Assembly: GCF_000142905.1 (NCBI RefSeq)
Contig: NW_013657646.1
Location: 182,367 to 246,196, forward strand
Source: Thecamonas trahens ATCC 50062
Taxonomy: Eukaryota; Protista; Apusomonadida
Direction of reading: 5' to 3'
DNA length: 63,830 nucleotides
In this document: piece after piece, positions 1 to 9,484 of the stretch
Position numbering within the stretch: position 1 is the first letter of the stretch
Layout of the letters: the number at the start of each line of letters is the position of its first letter
Notes under the pieces: model-generated
Told to the model about the DNA's origin: nothing
Database searches by the model: none
The model's input: only the letters and a program-made list of their open reading frames with translations
Program-made: the position numbers and the translations under genes

Positions 1-8
1 GCCCCCTC

Positions 9-1138
9 ATGTCATCTCTGCCACCCTCTTCTCCAGGCATGGTGACCTTCGAGGCGACGCGGGGCAACCTCGCTGCGTTGGCCCCGGCCTTCTCGGCAGT
101 GGCCGCTTCGGCCACGGCTGCTCTTGCCGCCGACCACCTCCCGCTGCCTCTGGCCCTCGTGGTCGCCACCCACGCCCTTGATCGGACCTTCCACCTCGCT
201 GCCCATGTGCTCTCGTACCCAGCACCGGTTGCTGCCGATGATGGCGCTGCTACCGCCCCGGAGAGCCCGCTGCGTGCGGCACAAGCCCGCGCTGCTGCTG
301 AGGCCGCTGCCGAGGCCGGCGAGACCGCCGTCGATGTGCGGAGCCAGACCTGGCTCCGCATCCACAAGCTGCTCGCCCGCAAGTGCGGCTCATGGGTCGA
401 GTCGCTCTCTCGCGGACTCGGTCTTCGCCTTACCGAGCTCGCCTTTATCAACATTCTCGAGCACAGGCTCTCCATCGTCCTCGGCAGCATGCTCTTCTCC
501 CCGTGGAGACGGTCAAGGTGACGACCAACGCCGACTGGGCAGTCGTCGGCGTCATCGGAGTAGTTCTCGTCCGTGGCGTGCTTCTCACTCCGCTCCGCCA
601 CATCCGAGTCCGCTACCAGACACTCCTGCCGAGCGCGGCGGAGCTCGCGCCGCCCGAGGATGCCACCGTCCGCGAGCCGTCGTGGTTCGCCTACCTCCCC
701 ACAGACTCGCTGGTGGCACTCGTTCGTGTTGCGTGCAAGGTTGTTGCTGATGGCGCTCTCTTTACAGGCGTGCCGGCAGCCATGGCCTCTGCCGCCATCG
801 CCGCCATCCCGCACACCCTGCCGTACCTCGACCTGTTCCCGTCGACCGTCGGCGGGCGCGTCCTTCTTGCCGCCGCCGTCGCCCTCCTTCGCACTCCGTT
901 TGACGTTCTCGCCTCGCGTTCCTGGCTCTGCGATGTCTCGCCGGCTGACGTCGGCGCCGCTCTTCCACCGGCCGCTGTGCGCAAGGCGCGCGTTCCGCTC
1001 CCGCGCCTCGCAGCTTCGGGCAGGTCCATCCACGGCATCACCGGATTCTACTCGCCGCTCCCGTCCGCAGAACTCATCTCCAACACCATATCGATTGTTC
1101 TCGGCCGCACCCTTGATCCGTGGTGGGTGGGCCTTTAG
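9..1138 (+). CDS. Divergent mitochondrial-carrier-fold (SLC25/Ugo1/MTCH-like) membrane protein; apparent frameshift at C-run 499-502
   Basis: ORFs 9..521 and 383..1138 join if one C is added (..SMLFSP/VETVKV..). Carrier-like motifs TPLRHIRVRYQT, TPFDVLASR, LSRGLGLRL and GITGFYSPL with hydrophobic helices. Confidence 0.45.
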
Positions 1139-1319
1139 CATGCTGGGTGCTTCGCCCGCGATCTCTGCGCCCCGTCGTGTCTTGGACCCGCCCATCAAAC
1201 TATGTGTGCCCTCGGCATGAAAGTGTGACGTTGTTGCCGACCACGCCCCCACTACAGAACAGTACTCTACCGGGCGGCCGGACCCCTATCCCTGTACACC
1301 CCTCTGCGCAACTCAGCCA

Positions 1320-2018
1320 ATGGCAGTAAAGGCGCATTTCTACGGCCAGGCCGTGTCCATCGCCATGCTGATGGGCGCTCGCAAGGGACGGTACCGCAAA
1401 CCGTTCCGGGAGGAAGCTCCGCGAGGTTTGGCGAAGGATATCCGCAGCGAGTTGACCGAGACCGTGAGCAAGAACATGTGCAAGGTGTCAATCGACCGCT
1501 CCCTTGGTTGGATCAAGGTCGATGGCGACATGGTTGTGCGCACCACGTTCTTCACGGGCCGCAGGGGAAGGAGCCGGAAGGTTATCTCAGGCTGGTGCAC
1601 CATCGAAGAGGTGAAGACTGTTCTCCGGGCTACCGCCGCCTATCCGAACCTCTTTAAGGAGATGGTCCGCCTATCAAAGTTCTACAGTGATGCAGACTAC
1701 CTTATGATCACCGCGCCGGGTGATGACGACGGCGAGGCAGCTGTTGTGCCGGATCGGCAGCTCTCCAGCGACGACATCGAGCCGCTTGCCGGCGACGAGC
1801 CGCCTTCCGTGGCTGATCTGACTGGATTTACCGTCCACGGCTTCCAGCTCTGGGCCTGGCCACACCATCCGTCGGGTAAGTCTCGCCACGATCATCTCGT
1901 GCGCCACTGGACGCTGGTGGCGGGTCATCACCTTCTCCGTTCCGGCTGGTTCCGCGCCGACGAGCTGTGCGCGGTTGCGCGCGAGGTCGTCGCCGAGCTC
2001 CTGGCCACGTCCACCTGA
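1320..2018 (+). CDS. Hypothetical protein, 232 aa
   Basis: ATG-initiated ORF with protein-like composition; weak internal duplication (SGWCTIEEVKTVLRA / SGWFRADELCAVARE). Confidence 0.55.
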   Translation: MAVKAHFYGQAVSIAMLMGARKGRYRKPFREEAPRGLAKDIRSELTETVSKNMCKVSIDRSLGWIKVDGDMVVRTTFFTGRRGRSRKVISGWCTIEEVKTVLRATAAYPNLFKEMVRLSKFYSDADYLMITAPGDDDGEAAVVPDRQLSSDDIEPLAGDEPPSVADLTGFTVHGFQLWAWPHHPSGKSRHDHLVRHWTLVAGHHLLRSGWFRADELCAVAREVVAELLATST

Positions 2019-2272
2019 GCGTGCAATTGCAATCGCACCCTTCCCTCCGACGCTCCTCCATCTTCTTCCTCCCCCTCTCTCCCCGTCAATATATGCCTCT
2101 TCCTCTCAATTGGCCGCGGTACGCTTGCCTTGGCCGAGTCCGGCAGACTGGCCGGCGGCCTAAACCTGAAAGCGGCATTGGTATTTGTTAGCGGGTGCGG
2201 GAGTGGCAGCTCACTCGCATCCGGTTGGTTCTCGGAAGGCCGCCGCACCACGTGGCGAGAGAGGGCGGGTCG

Positions 2273-4360
2273 ATGGGCGGAACGAGCTCCAAGAAGGAGG
2301 CGCTTGCTGTTGCGGCGGCACCAACAACTCGCATTGTGCCTCAGGGCCTCAACTTTGTCTCGCATTCGGCAGCCAAGGCGTCGGCAGCTGTCGCCGGTGG
2401 TGACGGCGTGGGTTCGGCCTCTCGCCCGTCCATTCCGCCTCGCGCCCGCTGGACCTCTCTGGACGAGGTACCTGTCCACGGGCCTTACGAGCGGCGGGCG
2501 GTGCTTGGCGCTGGGCAGTACGGAGTGGTGCTACTGGTGGCACTGGCCGGCAGCGATGATGCAGCGGCTCGTGCGGCGGCCGTCGACAACCACGGCGGCG
2601 ACGGCGGCAGTGATGGCGAGGTCTACTGCATGAAGGTCATCGATGTGGGCTCTTTTTCGGCGCAAGAGCTGATGCATGCCATGGCCGAAGTCACAGTCCT
2701 TGGCGCCATGCATTGCGCGACGATTGTGGACCTCCGCGAGTCGTGGGTCGAGGACGACGACCTGGTCATTGTCATGGAGGCTGCGCTCTCGGGCGATGTC
2801 GAGTCGTTGGTCGAGTCGACGCGGGTCGCGGGTGGAAGACTGGATGCTGACGTGGTGTGGATGTGGGCGATCGAACTGCTGCTTGCGGCCCGACACATCC
2901 ACACCCGTGGCATCATCCACCGCGACATCAAGGCCGAGAACGTGTTCCTCACTGGCGACGGGCACGTCAAGCTCGGCGACTTCGGCATTTCTGTGGCGCA
3001 GACCGACATCGATGACGATGACCAGGTCAGCGCGCTGCCGCGCTTTGGCACACCGTACTATCTGGCGCCCGAGTTCTTTGGCGGAGCGTCGCCGCGGGCA
3101 CCGGCTGCCGCCGCCAAGCGCGACATGTGGGCGCTCGGCGTGGTTCTCTTTCGCATGCTCACTCTTCGCTTCCCTTTTGAAGCCAGCTCGATGCGGGCCC
3201 TCCGCCGAGTGATCAAGCACGAGCCGGCGGTGGTCCCACGCAAGGCTGCACCTCCAGCACTCGCCAGCCTCGTCGAGGAGTTGCTCTGCAAGGATCCAGC
3301 GGAGCGGCCGTCGGCCGACGAGCTTCTCAGTCGCCCCGAAGTCCGGACGCGGATGATGGCATGCGTGCCTGAAGCGCTTTATTTGCCCGAGTTTCCGGAC
3401 GAGGCTGTTGGGCACGCGATGCCAGACGCACGCAGCCATCCGATGGCGGCGGCTCTTGATGCGGTTGACGTGCCGAGCATCTGCGTCGGCCTCGCGGCCG
3501 GCGAGACTTCGCCGCTGGTGGGCGCGTTCTCCCCGCTTGACGCCGCCGGGCACCCGTATGTCCGCACGCCCGCTGACTACTTTGCGGTTGCCGAGCACTC
3601 GGAGACCGACCGCGAGCGCGCGTTTGCGCCGCTCGCTGGCAGGCTCGCCCACATTCTGCTCACAGAGGACTTGGGCGAGGCGAGGGCGCGGCGAGCGGAG
3701 CGGCTGCTGAAGCGCACACACTCGTCGCAAGAGCTAATCGATTCGCTCCGCGAGCACCTCGCCGACGCAAGCGAGGTCGAGACCACGCCGCTGCTGGCAG
3801 GCCTGGCGGCCGAGGACGCTGGGCAGCGTCCGATGCTCTCGCCGCGGCTCTCGTCGCGACTGCCACACTCTCCACGGCAGCGGCAGCGGTCGCCAGCGAC
3901 AAGCCTTGGGACCGGCACGCTGTCGACGGCGTCGTCGACGACACTCGACTCGGACGATGAGCTGACGTCGACCTCTTTCTCGACCTCTGACTCGGATGCG
4001 GGCTCGGTGGCTGGCAGCGACGGGTCGCAGCCGCGGTCACGGTCGCGGGTCCGGTCCATGCTCACGGCCAAGCTGATAGAAAAGTTGGAGCAGACACGAC
4101 GGTCGCCGCACTTTCGGGCCCTCAACTCGGTCCGCAGATCGTATTTGCGCGAGCGGCGGCGGTCGCTAGTCTCGCTCCCGACTCGGACCGACCTATCACC
4201 GTCGGCAAACCGCCGGCGGGCCATGTCGCGGCCGTCACGGTCCAACGAAGAGCTGCTCTCACCCGGCCTGATGCGGACTGGTAGTGGCAGTAGCGATGGA
4301 AGTTGCGAGCACGAGGCCGAGTGCGGGTCGCTGCTACTCTCTGTGCCGCAAACGAAGTGA
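2273..4360 (+). CDS. NEK/NIMA-like Ser/Thr protein kinase with probable N-myristoylation
   Basis: LGAGQYG, YCMK, HRDIKAENVFL, KLGDFG, GTPYYLAPE, DMWALG. First ATG gives MGGTSS. Ser/Arg-rich tail. Confidence 0.88.
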   Translation: MGGTSSKKEALAVAAAPTTRIVPQGLNFVSHSAAKASAAVAGGDGVGSASRPSIPPRARWTSLDEVPVHGPYERRAVLGAGQYGVVLLVALAGSDDAAARAAAVDNHGGDGGSDGEVYCMKVIDVGSFSAQELMHAMAEVTVLGAMHCATIVDLRESWVEDDDLVIVMEAALSGDVESLVESTRVAGGRLDADVVWMWAIELLLAARHIHTRGIIHRDIKAENVFLTGDGHVKLGDFGISVAQTDIDDDDQVSALPRFGTPYYLAPEFFGGASPRAPAAAAKRDMWALGVVLFRMLTLRFPFEASSMRALRRVIKHEPAVVPRKAAPPALASLVEELLCKDPAERPSADELLSRPEVRTRMMACVPEALYLPEFPDEAVGHAMPDARSHPMAAALDAVDVPSICVGLAAGETSPLVGAFSPLDAAGHPYVRTPADYFAVAEHSETDRERAFAPLAGRLAHILLTEDLGEARARRAERLLKRTHSSQELIDSLREHLADASEVETTPLLAGLAAEDAGQRPMLSPRLSSRLPHSPRQRQRSPATSLGTGTLSTASSTTLDSDDELTSTSFSTSDSDAGSVAGSDGSQPRSRSRVRSMLTAKLIEKLEQTRRSPHFRALNSVRRSYLRERRRSLVSLPTRTDLSPSANRRRAMSRPSRSNEELLSPGLMRTGSGSSDGSCEHEAECGSLLLSVPQTK

Positions 4361-4404
4361 CGCGAGTCTTGCTCGGCTTCAGTTGATGAGAGATACAGTC
4401 ATGT

Positions 4405-6447
4405 TTACGCGTTCATCTTGGCCACGATCCGCTTGCCATACTGCGAGGCCTGCAGCTCGTCGGCGACGGCGCGGAGAGCCGAGACGAGAGCCGCGCGCAT
4501 CTTGCCGCGCATGACCGAGAGAGCGGTCTGGATAACATAGTTGCCATACGAGTCGTGGATGAGGGTGGTGAGTGTGGAGCCGGAGACGAGGCCGGCCATG
4601 AGGTTGGCACGGCCGCGGTGCGAGGTGGCCTTGAGCGACTTTTCGATGACGTTGGAGGCAAACTTGCGTGTGGCTAGGTCTGCGACGGCCGGCTGGAGGC
4701 GGGCGGCGATGGCGTCTGCGAGACGCTGCTCGCCCGAATCGAGGACGTACTGGACAACGTAGTTGCCATACGGGTCATTGGCGAGAGCAAGGGTAGCGTC
4801 GATGACGGCGGCGGCGAGTGAGGTCCGCAGCTCGGGCGTGCCGTAGTCGAGCGAGCGCTGGATGACACAGCAGCCATGGCGATGCCGGCCGACGTGCAGC
4901 AGGTGTGTGTGTGCGGCGGCGTGGACCCATGCCGAGTCGGGGTGCGGAAAGTGCGAGAGCACGCGCTGCAGCACGTGGTTGCCGTGCGGCGAAGTCATGA
5001 GGTCGACCACGACGCTCTCAAAGGAGGCGCGGAGCAGGTCGATCTCCTCGCGGGTTGTTGCCGTCTCAACCATCTTCTGCACAGTCCGCGTCCCGTGCGT
5101 CTCCATGGCGCAGCGGGCAAGCGCGCCGCGGGTGGCACGCATGAGGCGAAGGCGGATAGCCGGCTCGGCCAGCTCGAGCACCTTTTGGCAGAGGTAGTTG
5201 CCGGCGGGATGGCCCATGAGCTCCGGAAACTCGGGCTCGACCATGGGCAGCAGAATGGCAAGGCCCGGGGAACCTGAGGCCTCAAGCACCTGCTGCAGGG
5301 TCTTGCAGCCGACAATATCGCGCGAGAGCTGTGCGATCTTACCGGGCTCGCTGGCGAGGGTGCGGAGGGCGGCAAGCGGCGCCGAGTCGGAACCGGCGAG
5401 CACGGCATCGTGCGCAAACATGCACTGGTTGCCCCACTTGCAGTTGCCACGGGCAAAGAAACGACACGGCCGCGAGGTCTGCTGGTCGAGCTCCTGCTGC
5501 TCACGGTCCTGCTCGCGATCCTGCTCCTGCTGCTGGGCCTGGAGCTGGGCGAGCCGCTGCTGCTGCTGCATCTGGAGCTTGGCCATCGAGTTGTCAAAGA
5601 CGACCTGGGCCTGGGCCTGGGCGTGTGCTTGCGCCTTTGCGTGAGCCTGCGCCTGTGCCGCGGCCTGCGCCTGTGCCGCGGCCTGGGTCTTTGCTGCGGC
5701 CTGAGCCTGTGCCGCGGCCTGAGCCTGTGCCGCGGCAGCCATGGCAGCAGGGTGGCCATAGTAGCCATAGCCCTGATTGTACGCCTGCTGGTGCTGCTGA
5801 TGCGGGTGGTGCGGGTGGTGCTGCTGGACCGGGGGCTGGTACATCGGCTGAGCGTGGGCCATCGAGTAGTGGGACGCGTACGAGACGCCGTAGTGCGGCA
5901 GCGACTGCTCATAGGCCAAGGCGTACGAGGGCGGAGTAGGCGGAGCGAGCGTATGGGCATGCGATTTGGATGGATAGGTCGACTGAGGAGCATCTGCCGG
6001 CTCGGCGGGTGCGTTGACCAAGATTGGAGCGAGCGGGGCGGCCGGCGCCGCGAGCGGGGCAAGCGGCTTTGCCGGCGAGGTGAACGAGGGGCACGGCGGC
6101 GGCTTTGCCGGGGTGCTGTTCTCCTTGTCCGAGGTTGCAGCTGCATAGACCGACTGCGCCTGCATGCGGCGGATGTGAGAGCCCCAAATCTGCATGGAGG
6201 TCGGAGTCGCCGGCTCTGCCGTCTGCGACGTCCGCATGGGCGAGAGCGCGCGCAGTGGCGTCCCGTTGCCCGGCAGTTCGCGGTAGACTCTGAAGAGCGA
6301 GTAGTAGGCGGCGGACTTGCGGATGTCCTTGGACGGGGTCGTCTCGTGGAAGGCGAACAAGCCCTCACACGTCACATTTGCGCCAGTGCTGCTTGCTGCC
6401 TTGCCCGTGGGCCGGCTGGGGGTAGGGGGAGCTTGTGCACTGGCCAT
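4405..6447 (-). CDS. Pumilio/PUF RNA-binding protein (8 repeats) with CCCH zinc finger and Q/A-rich low-complexity region
   Basis: CRFFARGNCKWGNQCMFAH (C-x7-C-x5-C-x3-H). Eight repeats GCKTLQ, GNYLCQ, GTRTVQ, GNHVLQ, GCCVIQ, GNYVVQ, ASNVIE, GNYVIQ. Start taken at MASAQ. Confidence 0.92.
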   Translation of the reverse strand: MASAQAPPTPSRPTGKAASSTGANVTCEGLFAFHETTPSKDIRKSAAYYSLFRVYRELPGNGTPLRALSPMRTSQTAEPATPTSMQIWGSHIRRMQAQSVYAAATSDKENSTPAKPPPCPSFTSPAKPLAPLAAPAAPLAPILVNAPAEPADAPQSTYPSKSHAHTLAPPTPPSYALAYEQSLPHYGVSYASHYSMAHAQPMYQPPVQQHHPHHPHQQHQQAYNQGYGYYGHPAAMAAAAQAQAAAQAQAAAKTQAAAQAQAAAQAQAHAKAQAHAQAQAQVVFDNSMAKLQMQQQQRLAQLQAQQQEQDREQDREQQELDQQTSRPCRFFARGNCKWGNQCMFAHDAVLAGSDSAPLAALRTLASEPGKIAQLSRDIVGCKTLQQVLEASGSPGLAILLPMVEPEFPELMGHPAGNYLCQKVLELAEPAIRLRLMRATRGALARCAMETHGTRTVQKMVETATTREEIDLLRASFESVVVDLMTSPHGNHVLQRVLSHFPHPDSAWVHAAAHTHLLHVGRHRHGCCVIQRSLDYGTPELRTSLAAAVIDATLALANDPYGNYVVQYVLDSGEQRLADAIAARLQPAVADLATRKFASNVIEKSLKATSHRGRANLMAGLVSGSTLTTLIHDSYGNYVIQTALSVMRGKMRAALVSALRAVADELQASQYGKRIVAKMNA

Positions 6448-6532
6448 GGCGCCGTCCAAAATTTTTGAATTGATTTGAGTCGGATGGTTTTCCAGGAGAT
6501 CAGCAACTGCAACGGCCAAGCAAGCAAGCCAG

Positions 6533-6660
6533 CGAAACGAACGCGACGAACGAACGCAACGAACGAACAAAGGAGGAAACGAACGAACGAATGAACGAAC
6601 GAACGCAACGAACAAACGAACGAACCGATGCCACGAACAAACGTCGAACGAATGCAACGA
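6533..6660. repeat. Degenerate (GAAC)n microsatellite between divergent genes
   Basis: cgaacgaacgcaacgaacgaac... read directly from sequence. Confidence 0.85.
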
Positions 6661-6735
6661 TCGATCATATCGTTGCTGGTGGTGGTGGTCGGCTGCGGGA
6701 CCAGACCTCACCCCTTCCCCCTCGCCCCCGCACTC

Positions 6736-7149
6736 ATGTCCGAGCCGTACCAGTATGCGGTGACTCGTCGGCTACAGGTGGAGCTGGCCACGGGAGAGAT
6801 GTCGGCAACAACACAGAGGCTGCTGGTCGATGACGATGGCGACAAGGAGGCCGAGCTGTCGGGAGAAGCCTACACCGGCCCGCTGGCCGTTACCTCGGGC
6901 GTGGTCACCGCCGGCGGCACGCTGCTGCTCACAGACCCATACGGCTTCCACGCCAAGCGCGAGCAGGACGAGGGCAGGGCAAGTCAGTCTGCTGTAAAGC
7001 CTTCTGTCGCACCCTCGGCCCAACCCTCGGCCCAATCCTCGGCAGCAGCCTCTGCCGCCGATCTGGCCGCCACCGACGAGTACTACCCCTCAGATGTGTA
7101 CGACGTCCGCAACACCAACCTGTACTACGGCAAGACGTGCATCTTCTAA
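6736..7149 (+). CDS. Small hypothetical protein (137 aa) ending ...YYGKTCIF
   Basis: ATG after C-rich leader, GC3-rich codons typical of the neighbouring genes, TAA TGA double stop. Confidence 0.55.
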   Translation: MSEPYQYAVTRRLQVELATGEMSATTQRLLVDDDGDKEAELSGEAYTGPLAVTSGVVTAGGTLLLTDPYGFHAKREQDEGRASQSAVKPSVAPSAQPSAQSSAAASAADLAATDEYYPSDVYDVRNTNLYYGKTCIF

Positions 7150-7695
7150 TGACCGATTGTGCCCCTCCCGGTCTTATGGAGACATGACCACGCTGGGGCC
7201 GCCATGACGCGCACGATCACAGCGCCAAGCGCACAACAACGCCCAAGCCTCTCGACCGAGCTTCTCACGTAAAGCCATCACCGCCACCCTATATCACCTA
7301 ATCAAACCCGATCTGCCATCTGCCGTGGCCGGTGGTAGGTAATATGATNNNNNNNNNNNNNNNNNNNNNNNNNNNNNNNNNNNNNNNNNNNNNNNNNNNN
7401 NNNNNNNNNNNNNNNNNNNNNNNNNNNNNNNNNNNNNNNNNNNNNNNNNNNNNNNNNNNNNNNNNNNNNNNNNNNNNNNNNNNNNNNNNNNNNNNNNNNN
7501 NNNNNNNNNNNNNNNNNNNNNNNNNNNNNNNNNNNNNNNNNNNNNNNNNNNNNNNNNNNNNNNNNNNNNNNNNNNNNNNNNNNNNNNNNNNNNNNNNNNN
7601 NNNNNNNNNNNNNNNNNNNNNNNNNNNNNNNNNNNNNNNNNNNNNNNNNNNNNNNNNNNNNNNNNNNNNNNNNNNNNNNNNNNNNNNNNNNNNNC

Positions 7696-9162
7696 CCGCC
7701 AACCTCGCCTGCCGCAGACGAGTACGGCTCGATTCTCCATGACGAGGCCGGCTCGTACTTTGCGCCCACCATCTCGACTCCGCCGCAAGACGCAACGACC
7801 TCAAAGCGCCGACGTGGGAAGAAACGTGGCGTCAAGGTTATCCGCTTCAGCGCGTCTGGCACAGGCGCTGTGGCTACAGGCGCGACCGGGGCGGGTGCGG
7901 CCGGCTGCACAGCCGCAGCGGGCACTGACCGCAGCGACGCGTCGGGCTTTAGCTTTACCAAGCTGCCGCTGCCTAGGCCTGGCGAGGCAAGTGATGGCGT
8001 GCCGAGTGTGGTGGTCAACGGAGTGCGGGCCGAGGCACGGGCGGAGAAGCGCAAGTCAGCGCTGAGCGGGATCATGGCGGTAGAAGAGGCACGGCGCCGG
8101 CGGACGGCACATCTTGCAGGCAAAGCATCCGCGCTGCGAGTTTTTGTCTCGTTTGCACCGACCAAGGCCGCACCAGTTCCGCTCTCTATTCCACAGTCGT
8201 CGACGATCGAGGCCATCGTGACGGCCACCATCGAGGCGTTCAACGCCGATCCGAGCAGAGACACCAAGCTCGAGCCCGACGCGCGATTCTACCAACTGCG
8301 GCTGACCGACGACGACGCGGGAACCCCCGACACCGATCTCCCGCCGCTGGAGAGGACTCAAATGCTGCGCAACATCGGGTGTACCGATTTTGCTCTGGTG
8401 GTGAATCCGAAGGCACCGGCGGCGCGGTTGGCGAGTGGCGGCGGAACCAGCAAGCGGCGGTCGGTTGTCTTTGCAGCGGCGGATCAGGTCAAGGATGGTG
8501 AAATCTGCCTCCGCATCGAGTTACCGGACAAGACAACTTCTGCGGTCATTGTGCCGGAGGAGTTGACGGTCGGCCAGTTTATCACCACGGTCTGCCGCAA
8601 ACGGTCGCTCGGCTCCGACTTCGTCGATGCGTACATTCCAGGCATTTCTGTGGCGCTCAACAAGGGCCTCGTACTCCGCGACCTCGGGGCAACAGAGATC
8701 TCGCTGGAGGCGTCAACGCCGACGTCGCTGGCGGCGGCGCGGCGCAACTCGGTGGCAGCTGCGGCGTCGACGGACACCGGCGACTTTAACCACATGTTCA
8801 ACCAGTTTACCGCCATCATCTACAAGGAGTATGAGGTGACCAAAATCAACAAGGCTGGCAAGCGGCAGCCGCGGGTCCTCGGCATCGACGACAAGCGTAT
8901 CACTAACAAGATCCCCGAGTCGGAGAAAAAGTCGGGCCTCATGTCACGGTTCGCCAAGAAGAACCCCAAGCGCCCCTTCCGCAACGTCGACGAGATCATC
9001 AACATTGAGCACTCGGAACACCTCGCCGACGGCAAGGCCTTTTCTATCTACTTTCGCGGTGATGAGCACACCGACTACGAAGCCATCAGCAGGTCGCAGG
9101 CGTCGGAAATTGTGGCCAAGATCACGTACCTCATGGGTATGGCCGAGTCGTCTGAGCGGTAG
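7696..9162 (+). CDS. SIN1: TORC2 subunit SIN1/Avo1/MAPKAP1 homolog (CRIM + RBD-like + PH); 5' end in gap
   Basis: CRIM-like YQLRLTDDDAGTPDTDLPPLERTQ; ubiquitin-like RBD (LRIELPDK..TVCRKR); SIN1 PH (YKEYEVTKINK..RVLGID..YEA..ASEIVAKITYLM). Frame open from the gap edge. Confidence 0.85.
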   Translation, partial: PPTSPAADEYGSILHDEAGSYFAPTISTPPQDATTSKRRRGKKRGVKVIRFSASGTGAVATGATGAGAAGCTAAAGTDRSDASGFSFTKLPLPRPGEASDGVPSVVVNGVRAEARAEKRKSALSGIMAVEEARRRRTAHLAGKASALRVFVSFAPTKAAPVPLSIPQSSTIEAIVTATIEAFNADPSRDTKLEPDARFYQLRLTDDDAGTPDTDLPPLERTQMLRNIGCTDFALVVNPKAPAARLASGGGTSKRRSVVFAAADQVKDGEICLRIELPDKTTSAVIVPEELTVGQFITTVCRKRSLGSDFVDAYIPGISVALNKGLVLRDLGATEISLEASTPTSLAAARRNSVAAAASTDTGDFNHMFNQFTAIIYKEYEVTKINKAGKRQPRVLGIDDKRITNKIPESEKKSGLMSRFAKKNPKRPFRNVDEIINIEHSEHLADGKAFSIYFRGDEHTDYEAISRSQASEIVAKITYLMGMAESSER

Positions 9163-9484
9163 CATGCTGTTTAACCCTTTACTGTACGGAATGGACAAAC
9201 TTGTCCATCGCGCAAGCCGCGCTCCGCGACGCTCCACAGACGTCCATCAATCGCGGTAAAGAGTAATACAATGGGCTAATGGCTGCCACAACAAAAAACA
9301 GTCGGCGATGCAGAGATGGACGCCGCACGCGCAGGCCAAGCAGGCGTCGGTCGGTGGCCTGGAAGTCAAGCATCATCGAGTTGTTCACTTTAAGACGCGC
9401 GACAACGCGTCCGAACGACCGAACCGTAAAGGGTTAACACTGTGCATTGTCCGCACCCCCGCGCCCCAGCGGCGCTCGCGACGG

